A stretch of 63,253 nucleotides of DNA, filler included, from Octopus bimaculoides (Eukaryota), in NCBI RefSeq assembly GCF_001194135.2. It is 5 parts of 5 records of this genome, joined end to end, with 100 filler letters (N's around TTAATTAATTAA, not from the genome) between each part and the next. Parts side by side here need not be neighbours in the genome. Positions count along the whole stretch, not along the records: positions 1 to 25,319 come from NC_068981.1; positions 25,420 to 35,472 come from NC_068983.1; positions 35,573 to 56,337 come from NC_068993.1; 2 more parts are not named here. One strand, 5' to 3'. A model generated the notes under the pieces. The model made no database searches. It saw only the letters and a program-made list of their open reading frames with translations, and was not told the DNA's origin. Below are positions 24,351 through 35,621 of this stretch, piece by piece. A program made the position numbers and the translations under genes. The stretch's first letter is position 1, and each line of letters opens with the position of its first letter.

Positions 24351-24998
24351 GCAAGCATTAGAACATGAAGTATTAAACAAAATGAAAGGTGCATTAGAAT
24401 TAATACACACACAAAGAGGGTGAGTGTCAAAGAATATGGTAAATATATAGAGAGAGATAGTTTGATGGTGATAGATACAGAGTGGGTGAGTTGTCGATCT
24501 AAAAGTTGAGTTGTTTCTCACAGCAAATTATATTTTTTTATTATTATTTATGATCAACTATGTCTGTGGGATGCAAAATTTGAAAATCAAATTCATTTTT
24601 CTTGAGGTTGCTCTGTTTGAAAGCCTTTTTGGGTTAAGCACACATACATAACCATATACACTCGCATTTATATAATAGAAGATATATATATATATATATT
24701 CGTTCAGGCACAGCAGTACTGATAACCAGTTGTTAGAACTCAATATACTCATCAGTCTATCTATCTACATAAGCTGATATTTTGTTAGAGGTTTTGAATT
24801 CATATATAGCTGTTTAAATGTGTATTAATATATATTTGCATGTATTTCTATATGTATATGAATAGTTATATTTATGTTCATTATATGCCTATGTGAATGC
24901 ATATGTTTATCTAAATCTGCATATTTCTGGGATGGGACCCTCACCTTCAAACTGTATTGTATTTGTTATGAGTATATATATATGTGTATATATATATA

Positions 24999-25319
24999 TC
25001 ATCATCATCGTTTAACGTTCGCCTTCCATGCTAGCATGGGTTGGACGATTTGACTGAGGACTGGTGAAACCGGATGGCAACACCAGGCTCCAATCTAATT
25101 TGGCAGAGTTTCTACAGCTGGATGCCCTTCCTAACGCCAACCACTCAGAGAGTGTAGTGGGTGCCTTTACGTGTCACCCGCACGAAAACGGCCACGCTCG
25201 AAATGGTGTCTTTTATGTGCCACCCGCACAAGAGCCAGTCCAGGGGCACTGGCAACGATCTCGCTCGAAAAACCTCATGTGTCACTCGCACATGAGCCAG
25301 TCCACGGGCACTGGCAACG
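24999..25319 (-). mobile_element. RTE-related 3'-end repeat (SINE-like or truncated LINE)
   Basis: Same (CAT)n-GTTTAACGT..CCATGCTAGCATGGG start as 3778 and 20296; near-identical in reverse to 56438-56764. Confidence 0.8.
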
Positions 25320-25419
25320 NNNNNNNNNNNNNNNNNNNNNNNNNNNNNNNNNNNNNNNNNNNNTTAATTAATTAANNNNNNNNNNNNNNNNNNNNNNNNN
25401 NNNNNNNNNNNNNNNNNNN
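25320..25419. other. Artificial 100-bp scaffold spacer (44N-TTAATTAATTAA-44N)
   Basis: The exact 44+12+44 layout is repeated four times, and the 12-mer has stops in all six frames. Confidence 0.95.
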
Positions 25420-25437
25420 AAATATATATATTTGTCT

Positions 25438-25520
25438 AAATAACTGACGAGATGCCGGAGCAGATTTCCGCCCCGACGTCCGAAATTCGGAGTTTTATTA
25501 TGGCAACGGAATAATTGTCA
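25438..25520 (+). ncRNA. Type I hammerhead ribozyme-like motif (paralogue of 869-950)
   Basis: CTGACGA at 25444-25450, GAAA at 25482-25485, stem III attcgg/cggaat, AUA triplet. Confidence 0.5.
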
Positions 25521-25543
25521 CACATTATACTACAGATATGTAC

Positions 25544-25574
<31 letters not shown>

Positions 25575-25579
<5 letters not shown>

Positions 25580-26800
25580 AATCGCACAAACTTAGATGTG
25601 ATATATCTCGACTTTGCAAAGGCCATTAATAAGGTTGATCATGGAGTGATATGTCAGAAACCACGGAGACGCAGCATAACTGGGAAAATCGGGGAGTGGT
25701 TGCATGACTTCTTAAAAGACAGAAGTCAATTTGTAGCAGCCAACGAGCTCTCCCCACGGAGACATTAATGGGAAGTGGAGTTCCCCAAGGAATTGTATTG
25801 GGGCAGCTGCTGTTCGTGATGGCTCTTTCAGATATTCCATCACTTACACAGACAGCCTCACTTACTAGCTATGCCGATGACACAAAAGTAGTACAAGCAA
25901 GCAATGAACCTTGTGATGCGAATTTTGTCCAGAAAAACCTAGATGCTATATGTAAATGGAATGAGGACAACAACATGCAATTTAATGCAGGCAAATTACA
26001 AGCCCTCCGCTACCAGCTAATTGGTGCTCAGAAGTCATAACCTTAAATCACATATGAGCAACGACGCCTCGTTTCATATGCACAATACCAAGATGGTGTC
26101 AATGTGCAGGCAAATGGCCAGATAGATTCTGAGAACCTTCAGAACAAGGGACCAGGAAACTATGCTGGTCTTATGGAGGATATTTGTCCTCAGCCGCCTG
26201 GACTATTGCTCTCACCTGTGGTCACTTTACAGTATAGGATTAATAACAGAACTGGAGGCGGTTCAGCGATTCTACACGAGGCAGATTACATCAATGGAAC
26301 AACTGAGCTACTGGGAGAGACTGAGAGAAGTACGACTCTAATCTCTGGAGCGAAGACGGGAGAGGTATGCAATGATATATATATATATATATATACTGGA
26401 AGGGCTGGCACCAAACTTTGGAATTGAGAGTTATATCAGACCTCGAAATGGACGTCACTGCACTGTTCCAAAAGTCTCAACTGTCCCATCTAAGGTGAGA
26501 GCTATGTACTGCAGTAGCTTGGGATTCAAGGGCCCGCAGTATTTAACGTCTTGCCAAAACATCTGAGGAATCTCCATCGAGTTGGGGTAGATGTTTTAAA
26601 GAAACAACTTGATCTCTTGCTATCAAAATCCCAGATGAACCAGTATCAAGGGAGGAAACTCAAAAGAGGACAGCGGTGTCGAACTCCCTCTTTCACCCAA
26701 AGCCAATCACACAGAATTGACCAATTAAAAGTGATTACACTGGTGGTGCCCCAGCATGCCCACAACCTCAGGCCTGAACCATATAAAAGAATAAAAGAAT
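25575..26800 (+). mobile_element. CR1/L2-clade LINE RT fragment
   Basis: DVIYLDFAKA.NKVDHG, GSGVPQG.VLG.LLF, SYADDTKV, NMQFNAGK.Q; (AATAAAAG)-type tail near 26785-26800. Confidence 0.85.
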
Positions 26801-26827
26801 ATATGTATGTACGCATATTTACATATA

Positions 26828-26989
26828 GGTGCAGGAGGGGCTGTATGGTAAGAAGCTTGTCTCTCAACCACATGTTACCGGATTCAATTCTACTGCGTTG
26901 TATTTTGAGTAAGTACCTTACACTATACCCTTGGTCCAACCAAAGCCTTGTGAGTGGATTTGATTGACGGCAACTAAAAGAAAACCGTT
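26828..26989 (+). mobile_element. tRNA-derived SINE head (family B)
   Basis: GGCTGTATGGTAAGAAGCTTG...CCAAAGCCTTGTGAGTGGATTTG. Confidence 0.7.
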
Positions 26990-27593
26990 NNNNNNNNNNN
27001 NNNNNNNNNNNNNNNNNNNNNNNNNNNNNNNNNNNNNNNNNNNNNNNNNNNNNNNNNNNNNNNNNNNNNNNNNNNNNNNNNNNNNNNNNNNNNNNNNNNN
27101 NNNNNNNNNNNNNNNNNNNNNNNNNNNNNNNNNNNNNNNNNNNNNTGTGTATATATATATATATATATATACAATAAGAAAATGGAAGGGAATATGTGGT
27201 ACTCATCAACTTGCAGACATTGTATAATGTCAATTTACCTGTTTATTTTTCAACTAAGAGGACAGGGGACAATAAAACCAACATGCAAACATATATGACA
27301 TATGTCATATCAGTAATAAAAATTAAAAAAGACATCTAGTGACCGAAGAAGGGACAATGTCTTACAGCTGTTTCAGCCTAGTGGTGACATGCCTCATCCT
27401 ATCTATATAACTCCAGTAAGCTGGGGTAATTGATAGATGAAATGGGTGAGAATAGAGGAACATGTATGGTTCTCTTGGCCTCTTCAGAGATTTACAAAGT
27501 TCATGGTGTTAATTTACAATATACAAATATAAACATATAAAAAAACATATAAAAATCATAAAAACTCACATATATATGGATATGCATATATAA

Positions 27594-27825
27594 GGCGGCG
27601 AGCTGGTAGAATCGTTAGCACGCCGGGCGAAATGCCTAGCGGTATTTTGTCTGCTGTTACGTTCTGAGTTCAAATTCCGCCGAGGTCGACTTTGCCATTC
27701 ATCCTTTCGGGACCGATAAATTAAGTACCAGTTGCGCACTGGGGTCGATGTAATCGACTTAATCCCTTTGTCTGTCCTTGTTTGTCCCCTCTATGTTTAT
27801 CCCCCTTGTGGGCAGTAAAGAAATA
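27594..27825 (+). mobile_element. tRNA-derived SINE (family A), well preserved
   Basis: GGCGGCGAGCTGGTAGAATCGTTAGC (A-box-like) ... GAGTTCAAATTCCGCC (B-box-like); CpGs retained. Confidence 0.85.
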
Positions 27826-27929
27826 TATATATGGATATGTATGCATACTTTGACATATATAGATATACATAAATAAAGAAACATAAATACATGAATATAT
27901 ATATGTACACTTAAGTGTACATACATAAA

Positions 27930-27960
<31 letters not shown>

Positions 27961-28299
27961 NNNNNNNNNNNNNNNNNNNNNNNNNNNNNNNNNNNNNNNN
28001 NNNNNNNNNNNNNNNNNNNNNNNNNNNNNNNNNNNNNNNNNNNNNNNNNNNNNNNNNNNNNNNNNNNNNNNNNNNNNNNNNNNNNNNNNNNNNNNNNNNN
28101 NNNNNNNNNNNNNNNNNNNNNNNNNNNNNNNNNNNNNNNNNNNNNNNNNNNNNNNNNNNNNNNNNNNNNNNNNNNNNNNNNNNNNNNNNNNNNNNNNNNN
28201 NNNNNNNNNNNNNNNNNNNNNNNNNNNNNNNNNNNNNNNNNNNNNNNNNNNNNNNNNNNNNNNNNNNNNNNNNNNNNNNNNNNNNNNNNNNNNNNNNNN

Positions 28300-28466
28300 A
28301 AATACGAAAGAATCTTATGGCCGTTTCTGGGAATATGCGAAGAAGTGTGTAGGTAAATCCTTTTGAAATTCTTTTGAAGGAAATTTGGTTTACTGAAGTT
28401 CAAAAGGATTTACCTACACACTACTGCGCATATTCCCAGAAACGGCCATAAGATTCTTTCGTATTT
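28300..28466. repeat. Inverted repeat / hairpin with 68-bp arms and a 31-nt loop
   Basis: 28300-28367 versus the reverse complement of 28399-28466 shows 2 mismatches. Confidence 0.9.
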
Positions 28467-29093
28467 ATTGGATTCATTTGAGCACTTCCCTTTTGCATTA
28501 TTGTGAACTGTCATCTCATCAGCTTGAGATTTTTTAATTTACATGTATGTATTTATGCAATTATTTGTCTGACTTTGATTTGGGCACGGAATTACACTAT
28601 TATACACATATATATGCTTTTATATGTTATATGTTGGCATATTTATAATGGCTTATATATACCCTCTATGTTCAGATGTGTATTGGTTTTGATGAGGAGT
28701 GTTATTGACCTTGAAATTTATCTCTTTATAATTAATACTTTAATCTAATTGCTCAATAAATTGAGCCCTACGCTGTTGTTGGAGTTCACCTCTTCAATTT
28801 TTCATTACCTATATATATATATATATATATAAATAATGTTCATATGTGGGTGTGGGTGTGTGTGTGTGTATTTGTCTCCACTACCGCTTGACAGCCGGTA
28901 TTGTGGTGATTACATTTACGGTTCGGGAAAAGAGACCGATAGAATAAGTACCAAGTTTAAAAGAAAAAAAACCCCAGAAATAATGGGGTCGATTCATTCG
29001 ACGAAAAGTCTTTCAATGCATGGCCGAGTGTTATGACTGAAACTAGTAAAAGAATAAACGAATATGTATACATGGATTAGATATAACAAGAGC

Positions 29094-29181
29094 AGTGTTT
29101 AACCTGCGGTAAATGTCCGGAAACATCATCTATTGAAGTGTTTAACCTGCGGTAAATGTCCGGAAACATCATCTATTGAAG
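29094..29181. repeat. Perfect 43-bp tandem duplication
   Basis: AGTGTTTAACCTGCGGTAAATGTCCGGAAACATCATCTATTGA occurs twice back to back. Confidence 0.95.
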
Positions 29182-29559
29182 ACTTGTGCTAATTAAGCAC
29201 CGATCATATCGGCTGACGAAATGTTCGTGAGTACCGGTGGATGGTACTTTTGTAGCATGTGATTTAACTTTTAGTTACGAATCAGTAGCGATAGCCATTC
29301 TTGCGCTGAATATCAAAAGGAAAAATCAGAAGAACCGATATTGAATTCAAACTGAAATTTTTAGTCGGTACCTTTATTATAGAATATTTATGTTAACAAA
29401 GTGGGCTCCCTCGTTTGCAGACTAGCAAACTAGTGAACGAAAATCTTACATAAACTGATGTATTTCGGACACAGTTAGGATCGTTCAAATGTGTGTGTGT
29501 GTGTGCGCATGGAGTTGATGGATGCACATCTTTGTGTCTCGCTGGCATCGGTAACATGT

Positions 29560-30060
29560 GCAACAGATGACCACGTGCTATGTATGTCTGAAATGGAGTA
29601 GCTAATTTTGGTCCAACTGGGCCAGCGTTCATTAAGGATCTTTCTAACAGCCGAAGGAGTTCTATCTCGTTTGGTTAGTGGGGGATAATCAGTTCAAAAA
29701 GATATTGTTTGATGCAAGTGACTGTTAAGAAGAGACCCAGTTCATCAACTTCGACATTGTTTAATATGACATCGCTCTCTCACATATCAACTCCTCACAT
29801 TTCTTGACAACCAAATTTATATCAACAGATTGATACAGTGATACCACACCCTTGCTACCTATGCTGTAGGTACTGAGATCATGTGCATGCTTGCATTCTC
29901 GGATCCTACTATAAAAGTCATTACTGCTACCATATACATTCACTAATATTTCTATGCAAGATCTGTGAGAGAAAATATAGCTGCGCGTGTAGGCATGGCT
30001 TGTCAATGATATACTCATTATAGATAGGCCTTGTGAACTTTCCGAACGCAATGCAGAGGT
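29560..30060 (+). mobile_element. Highly decayed Penelope-like RT fragment
   Basis: TQFINFDIV*Y...L and neighbouring fragments resemble the Penelope F.xFDI..FYPSI region; many stops. Confidence 0.45.
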
Positions 30061-30671
30061 AAAATTTCATTGTTGATATCTATAAAATTGTTAGATGTCA
30101 CACCGTAACACTAGAATATTGCACCACATACCAATATGACTATTAGAAGATGTTTTCATTTTTATGGTTGTCGAATGCGATCACCTCGCTCATAATTCTG
30201 AAATTTCATTGCATGCTCCTGATATAGTTTAACAGGCTGCCCACAGACATCTTACTGAATTTATTGTATTATTTGTATCCTAAAACTTGTACGGGAGAAG
30301 ACATACAATTTCTTTTACTTTCATACGCCTGTTTAAAACCTACTTTAGTATTCTTTTAATGCTATTGTTGGGGGTCTTTGTTTCTTATGAATTTAAGTTT
30401 AATTTTATGGATGTATTCATAAAAGGTATAGAAATGTTTCGAATGCCTTTTGTAAATACTTCTTTTCTGTTTTAGTTGTTTTAGCCATTGGATTGCGGTT
30501 GTGCAGAGGCACCACCTTCAACGGTTTTGGGTCGAACAAATCGACCCAGAACTTACTTTTTAAAGCCTGGAACGTTTTCAATTGGTCTCTTTGGCCGAAT
30601 CGCTATGTTACTGATCCATGGACAGATTAAAACCTGTTGACAAGCGATAGTGGGAGACAAAAACAGAAAGA

Positions 30672-30721
<50 letters not shown>

Positions 30722-30729
30722 AACACACA

Positions 30730-31130
30730 TATTAGGTCGTAAAGTATGAAATTTGTAGAAAAGAAACACTTTGCTAATGTTTTATAAATTCAAGGAATAG
30801 TTTTATTCATCAAAGTATGCACCCATATTGCTAATACACTTTTGCCATTGCAGCGGTAGCTTGTCCAGCCCGGAACTATAAAAGTCTGACAATCTAGAGT
30901 CAATAAAATCTTAGAAGGCCTGTTTTACAGCATCGTCGGAATTAAATTTTTTTCCTATCTAAAAGTTATTCAAATTCTGGAAGAAATGGTAGTCAGTGGG
31001 GACAAGATCAGGTGAGTATGGTGGATGATGGAGAACTTTCAACTTCAACTTAATATTTTTCGGTCGATAACTGATGAAGTATTAGGGTTCTGGTGTTTGT
31101 CCCACGTGTATGTTTTGTAGTAGTTGATGC
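30730..31130 (-). mobile_element. Mariner transposase 3' fragment with terminal-repeat remnant
   Basis: KKFNSDDAVKQAF*DFIDSR..DFY.SGLDKLP.QWQKC....GAYFDE* matches the mariner C-terminus. Confidence 0.8.
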
Positions 31131-31786
31131 ATTTTTCATTTATATATGTATATGTGTGTGTGTGTGTTTTTAGTCTTTTACTTGTTTCAGTCATTTGACT
31201 GCGGTCATGCTGGAGCACGGCCTTTAATAAAAGAAATCGTCCACAAGACTTTTCTTTGTAAGCCGGATACTCATTCTATCTGCCTCTTTTGTCGAGGCAC
31301 TAAGTTACGGTTGTAAAGCGATGATGGTGGGGAAGAAGAATAGACACAAAGACACACACATAAATATGCATATATATATATGCATATATGGGTACAGGAC
31401 GTCACCAGCAGTAAACAACATGAAATACAAAAGCAAATGTGGTCAATACGCGAACAACGAGAGAAACAAATGGAAAACAGGACAAGTAACATAAAGAACG
31501 ACCCTTCATCAGTTGCGTTTTTGAAGGTAGTTGCTCCCATTAGTACCAAAATAAATTTTGGGATTCATGGACGGTCAAAGTTGGGAACAAAAACAGGACA
31601 GGGGTGGCACACAAGGAAACTGAACGAAAACAAACACGGAGAGTCGTTAGACCAGAACGAGGTAAGGTAGCGAACGCTGGAGAAATATTTTCATTGACAA
31701 AAGCGAGATAGAGGGAGAGAGAGAGGGAGAGAGAGTGAGAGAGAGAGAGGGAGAGAGAGAGAGAGAGAGAGAGAGANNNNNNNNNN

Positions 31787-31825
<39 letters not shown>

Positions 31826-32795
31826 TACGTGCTGTCCTTAAGACAGTCCTGAAAGAAAATAAAGATGATCACGTGAGGAAGAGAAAGCTGGACGTTAGTC
31901 ACGAATGAGCAACGAGAGAGTGAGAAACGGAGAAAGAGGGAGGGTAGGATGAATGCAGATAGAAAATGGTGAAGGGGAGGTAAAAAGGGAATTAGAGAAA
32001 GGATGAGAGAGAAAGCACTATAGAGCAGAGTCACATCAAAAAGATAAAGATAAACTAACTTGGAAATGGATGCGTGGCGTTCAGTCAAATAATAGGATCT
32101 TTGTGATTTGACGGGCAACATTTTTTTATGTAGTGTTTTTGGTACCGAAACACTTTCAAACTTCGAATACTTGTATATTTTGTGTTATAGAACAGATAAA
32201 AAATTTTGTATTCTAAGTTATTTCATGTAAAAAATTTTGTCGTATTTCGGTAATTTCAACCAATCACTGACGTCTATTGAGGTGAAAACAATTACGCCGG
32301 AGAATGTAAGCAACGGTGTTACGGGATTTTTTCCCTTGAATAAAATTAGTCTCGTTGTTTGTCAACAAAAACTATCCGTTGTCAACAATAACTATCAGTG
32401 ATATATATTTCGTTTGTTACTGTCATTTATGACATCGTTCGTGCGTTTGTACTGGTTTTAGCTTTAGNNNNNNNNNNNNNNNNNNNNNNNNNNNNNNNNN
32501 NNNNNNNNNNNNNNNNNNNNNNNNNNNNNNNNNNNNNNNNNNNNNNNNNNNNNNNNNNNNNNNNNNNCACAGTCAAATGACTGAAACAAGTAAAAGAGTA
32601 AAAGAGTAAAAGAGTTATATATGTTTATATATATGTGTGTGTGTGTGTGTGTATGTGTGTGAAGCAAAACCCCACCTACTTACATTTTTTTTTTCATACA
32701 CCCTATTCTCTGTCTAATCAACTATGTCTCAATTTCAAAATAAAACTCAACGAAATTGTTTATTGCTGACTGGAGGAAAAGAGGGTTAATGAGAG

Positions 32796-32803
32796 TATAA
32801 AAG
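32796..32803 (+). promoter_or_regulatory. TATA box (TATAAAAG) upstream of the Sushi gene
   Basis: Canonical TATAAAAG 49 nt before the first ATG (32852). Confidence 0.5.
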
Positions 32804-32851
32804 GCTGCCCAAGAAGATATTAGAATTAAAGTGAACAAGCGACTACACTTT

Positions 32852-34356
32852 ATGACAGACAAAACTGGGAGAATGATATCCAGTACATTTTATTTCTTTT
32901 TTCTTTGTCTTATTCACGGTGCAGAGTGAAAATAATACATTTGGAAAGGTTATGATAAAGATTGTGTCGGAATTCAATAATTCGACCTCAAACGACAAAA
33001 ACTTTTCTCGGTGGTTTTTTGACCAAATGACAAATATTCTAAACTGTGGTCCTTTACCGAAATTGAACAACAGTCGAATACAATATACCTTAAAATGAGA
33101 AGAGGAAAAAATATACCTGCAACAAAAGTGCAACCGCTATTTTGAAGCAAGCGTAGAGAATACGGCATATATTATTTGTTGGAATGGTAAATGGATGTAT
33201 GAAGATAAAAAATGTAAGTTAATAACCTGTCCCATTTTTCATAAACCTGCACAGTTTCATGATAAATGTTGCATACACATATAACTCTGTTATTCACTTT
33301 TCCTGTGTTTCTGGTTATTTTTTGCGAGGAAACAATTCAATGCGGTGTCAAGAAAATCAGCAGTGGTTGTCTCTCCCACCAGTTTGTGAAATTGTTAAAT
33401 GTCTCCCACTGCAACCACCCAAACATGGCAATATAAACAATACAAATGAAGTTAAAGTTAACGAAACAGTTGCTTTTAGTTGCTTAAAACCATATAATCT
33501 GAAAGGTGAATCTGTATTAACTTGTCTTCGAGACGGTAGCTGGAACTTTCCGACACCTGTTTGCACTTTGAGTTGCTTTGTACCTGAAATTGCTGGCAGA
33601 GTTGTGACTATTTCTGAAGGTACAATTTTAAAACCAAGAACCTTAATCAATCAAGGAGAGAAACTGTTATATTCGTGCAAACGATCTTTCATTCCTGTCT
33701 CATTTGGAATCGTTCAGTGCTTGTTAGGTTAATGGTACCCAGACATAAAGTGCATAAAAACTTGTAAAATTGAGAAACTACATGGATTAAATTTTATTTT
33801 GTCACATAATTTTTCAGTTATTGAATATAGCTGCTCAGCAGGAGAAACTTTGCTGGGAGATTCTAAAAGAACCTGTTTAGAAAATGGAACGTGAAGTGTA
33901 AAACTTCCACGATGTGTAAAGAACTGTCAATTATTACGCGAGTTTGGCATATATGGCTACCGAAATTCAGACACTTTACAATATCTTCCGTTTGGCAGCA
34001 CAGTCACAGAAAACACGAATATTACTTATTCATGTCAACTTTGTTATGTGAAGAACTCAAATAAGAATGTGATGTGTCAAAATGGCATATTGACCCCAGA
34101 ACCACGCTGTTCACATACAGATATTCGGCTGAAAAATTACAAAGTCAGTTTTACCCATGAATCGTCAGTATATTATGTTTGTGAAACAAAATACACTTGC
34201 AAATCTTTTGGTTACAGATGGAAATCATGCGAGTGGACAGATTGTATGTATTATCACAACAATCCATGTGTCAATGTAGGCTTTAACAATACATCAGATA
34301 TATATATTGATGCAGAGGTTGATAGTTGTTGTGTTTTGCAGTGTAATGATGATTAA
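32852..34356 (+). pseudogene. Intronless Sushi/CCP-repeat secreted protein gene (6 CCP modules + Cys-rich C-terminus), disrupted
   Basis: Hydrophobic signal-like N-terminus. Six C..C..C..(W)..C modules, e.g. CLPLQPPKHG...FSCLKPYNLKGESVLTCLRDGSWNFPTPVC. Stops: TGA 33096, TAA 33730, TGA 33892. Frameshifts at ~32890-32905 and ~33250. No introns. Confidence 0.85.
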
Positions 34357-34408
34357 TATCAAACTATTTTTACTTGTACTTTAAATTTATGTTTACATTT
34401 TTGCTTGC

Positions 34409-34414
34409 AATAAA
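34409..34414 (+). promoter_or_regulatory. Polyadenylation signal AATAAA for the Sushi gene
   Basis: AATAAA about 50 nt after the stop at 34356. Confidence 0.45.
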
Positions 34415-35472
34415 ACGTATTCCATCGCATTACATCCAGTTATGACAACGTAATGAAATTCGTTGTATTTACCCATATCTGCAGGTTTCTGACATTCATC
34501 ATGAAATAAATAATTGGATACGATCGTGTAATTTAAACGTTTTTCAATCTTTAACAAAATTTTCATTGTTCCTATTTTTGCTTGTATCTTATTATTTTAT
34601 GTATCCCATCGAACATAGTTTATTACATCTTCCAGCCACTCGATGTTTGTTTTTAAGTAGACTGTTTTGGTGGATCTGGATTAGTTTTCAATGAACTGTT
34701 CATTACGAATTTATGTAATATTTGTGTAAATTGAGGGTGCTCAGCTCTAGTGAAGCGGTAGCATGATGTTTGTGTTTGTTTTATAGCGCAAAAACGTACA
34801 GTTATTCAATAAACTTTTGTGTTAAAAGTGTTGTGTAGAGCCAGATTTATGTTTATCATATCTACGGCAAATAGGATTATACATCATCAGAACCATAATT
34901 CCTTTCACCTGCCTTCCAGTCAAATGTACTCATCAGTAAATTAGTAGAAATCACTAATAACTTAAATTTGTGTTCGTTGTGGTACTCAAGTATCACGAGG
35001 ATCTTTGATACTAATTTCTATTTATCATGTCTCAGGAGGGTATGCTTTCAAGAGAAAGTATTTGGGCTTGCATTGACAATTCCAAGATTAGTGTAGTGTA
35101 ATTCACAAGATGAATTTTGTATTTTCTATTAACGGGGTGAGACACAGTTCTATGAAATTCAACAATGTATTGGGTACTTTCATATGTGTATATATTTATG
35201 TTTGTGTGTATATCCTGACCGATGTATCAATCTATTTTTCGCATTCTGAAGAGATTTACTAAAACAGTCTGTTGTGTCGCTAAATTTTCTACTGAGAACA
35301 TATTTTCTTCGTGGTTAGATGATTCGGCATCTATTTCTAGCATTTAGGAATCCACATTTGCTGGTCATTCCTCTTATTTTTGTATAATTTTAATCTTCGG
35401 ATTTTTTTAATATGCTAGACCACTGGTTTTAATTGATTAATATAAATTTCTACCCTCATTAATATATTTATA

Positions 35473-35572
35473 NNNNNNNNNNNNNNNNNNNNNNNNNNNN
35501 NNNNNNNNNNNNNNNNTTAATTAATTAANNNNNNNNNNNNNNNNNNNNNNNNNNNNNNNNNNNNNNNNNNNN
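35473..35572. other. Artificial 100-bp scaffold spacer
   Basis: 44N-TTAATTAATTAA-44N. Confidence 0.95.

Positions 35573-35621
<49 letters not shown>

Noticed and set aside
27594-27680. tRNA gene (also at 14821, 60605 and 60818)
   Set aside because: A/B boxes are present but there is no complete cloverleaf, and each continues into a shared SINE body.
31271-31670. ORFs at 31271-31549 and 31380-31670 (and 48134-48325)
   Set aside because: They derive from a dispersed repeat shared between 31385-31700 and 48190-48500.
33096-33894. Selenocysteine read-through of the Sushi TGA codons
   Set aside because: The TGAs are not at Cys positions, one stop is TAA, and frameshifts are present.
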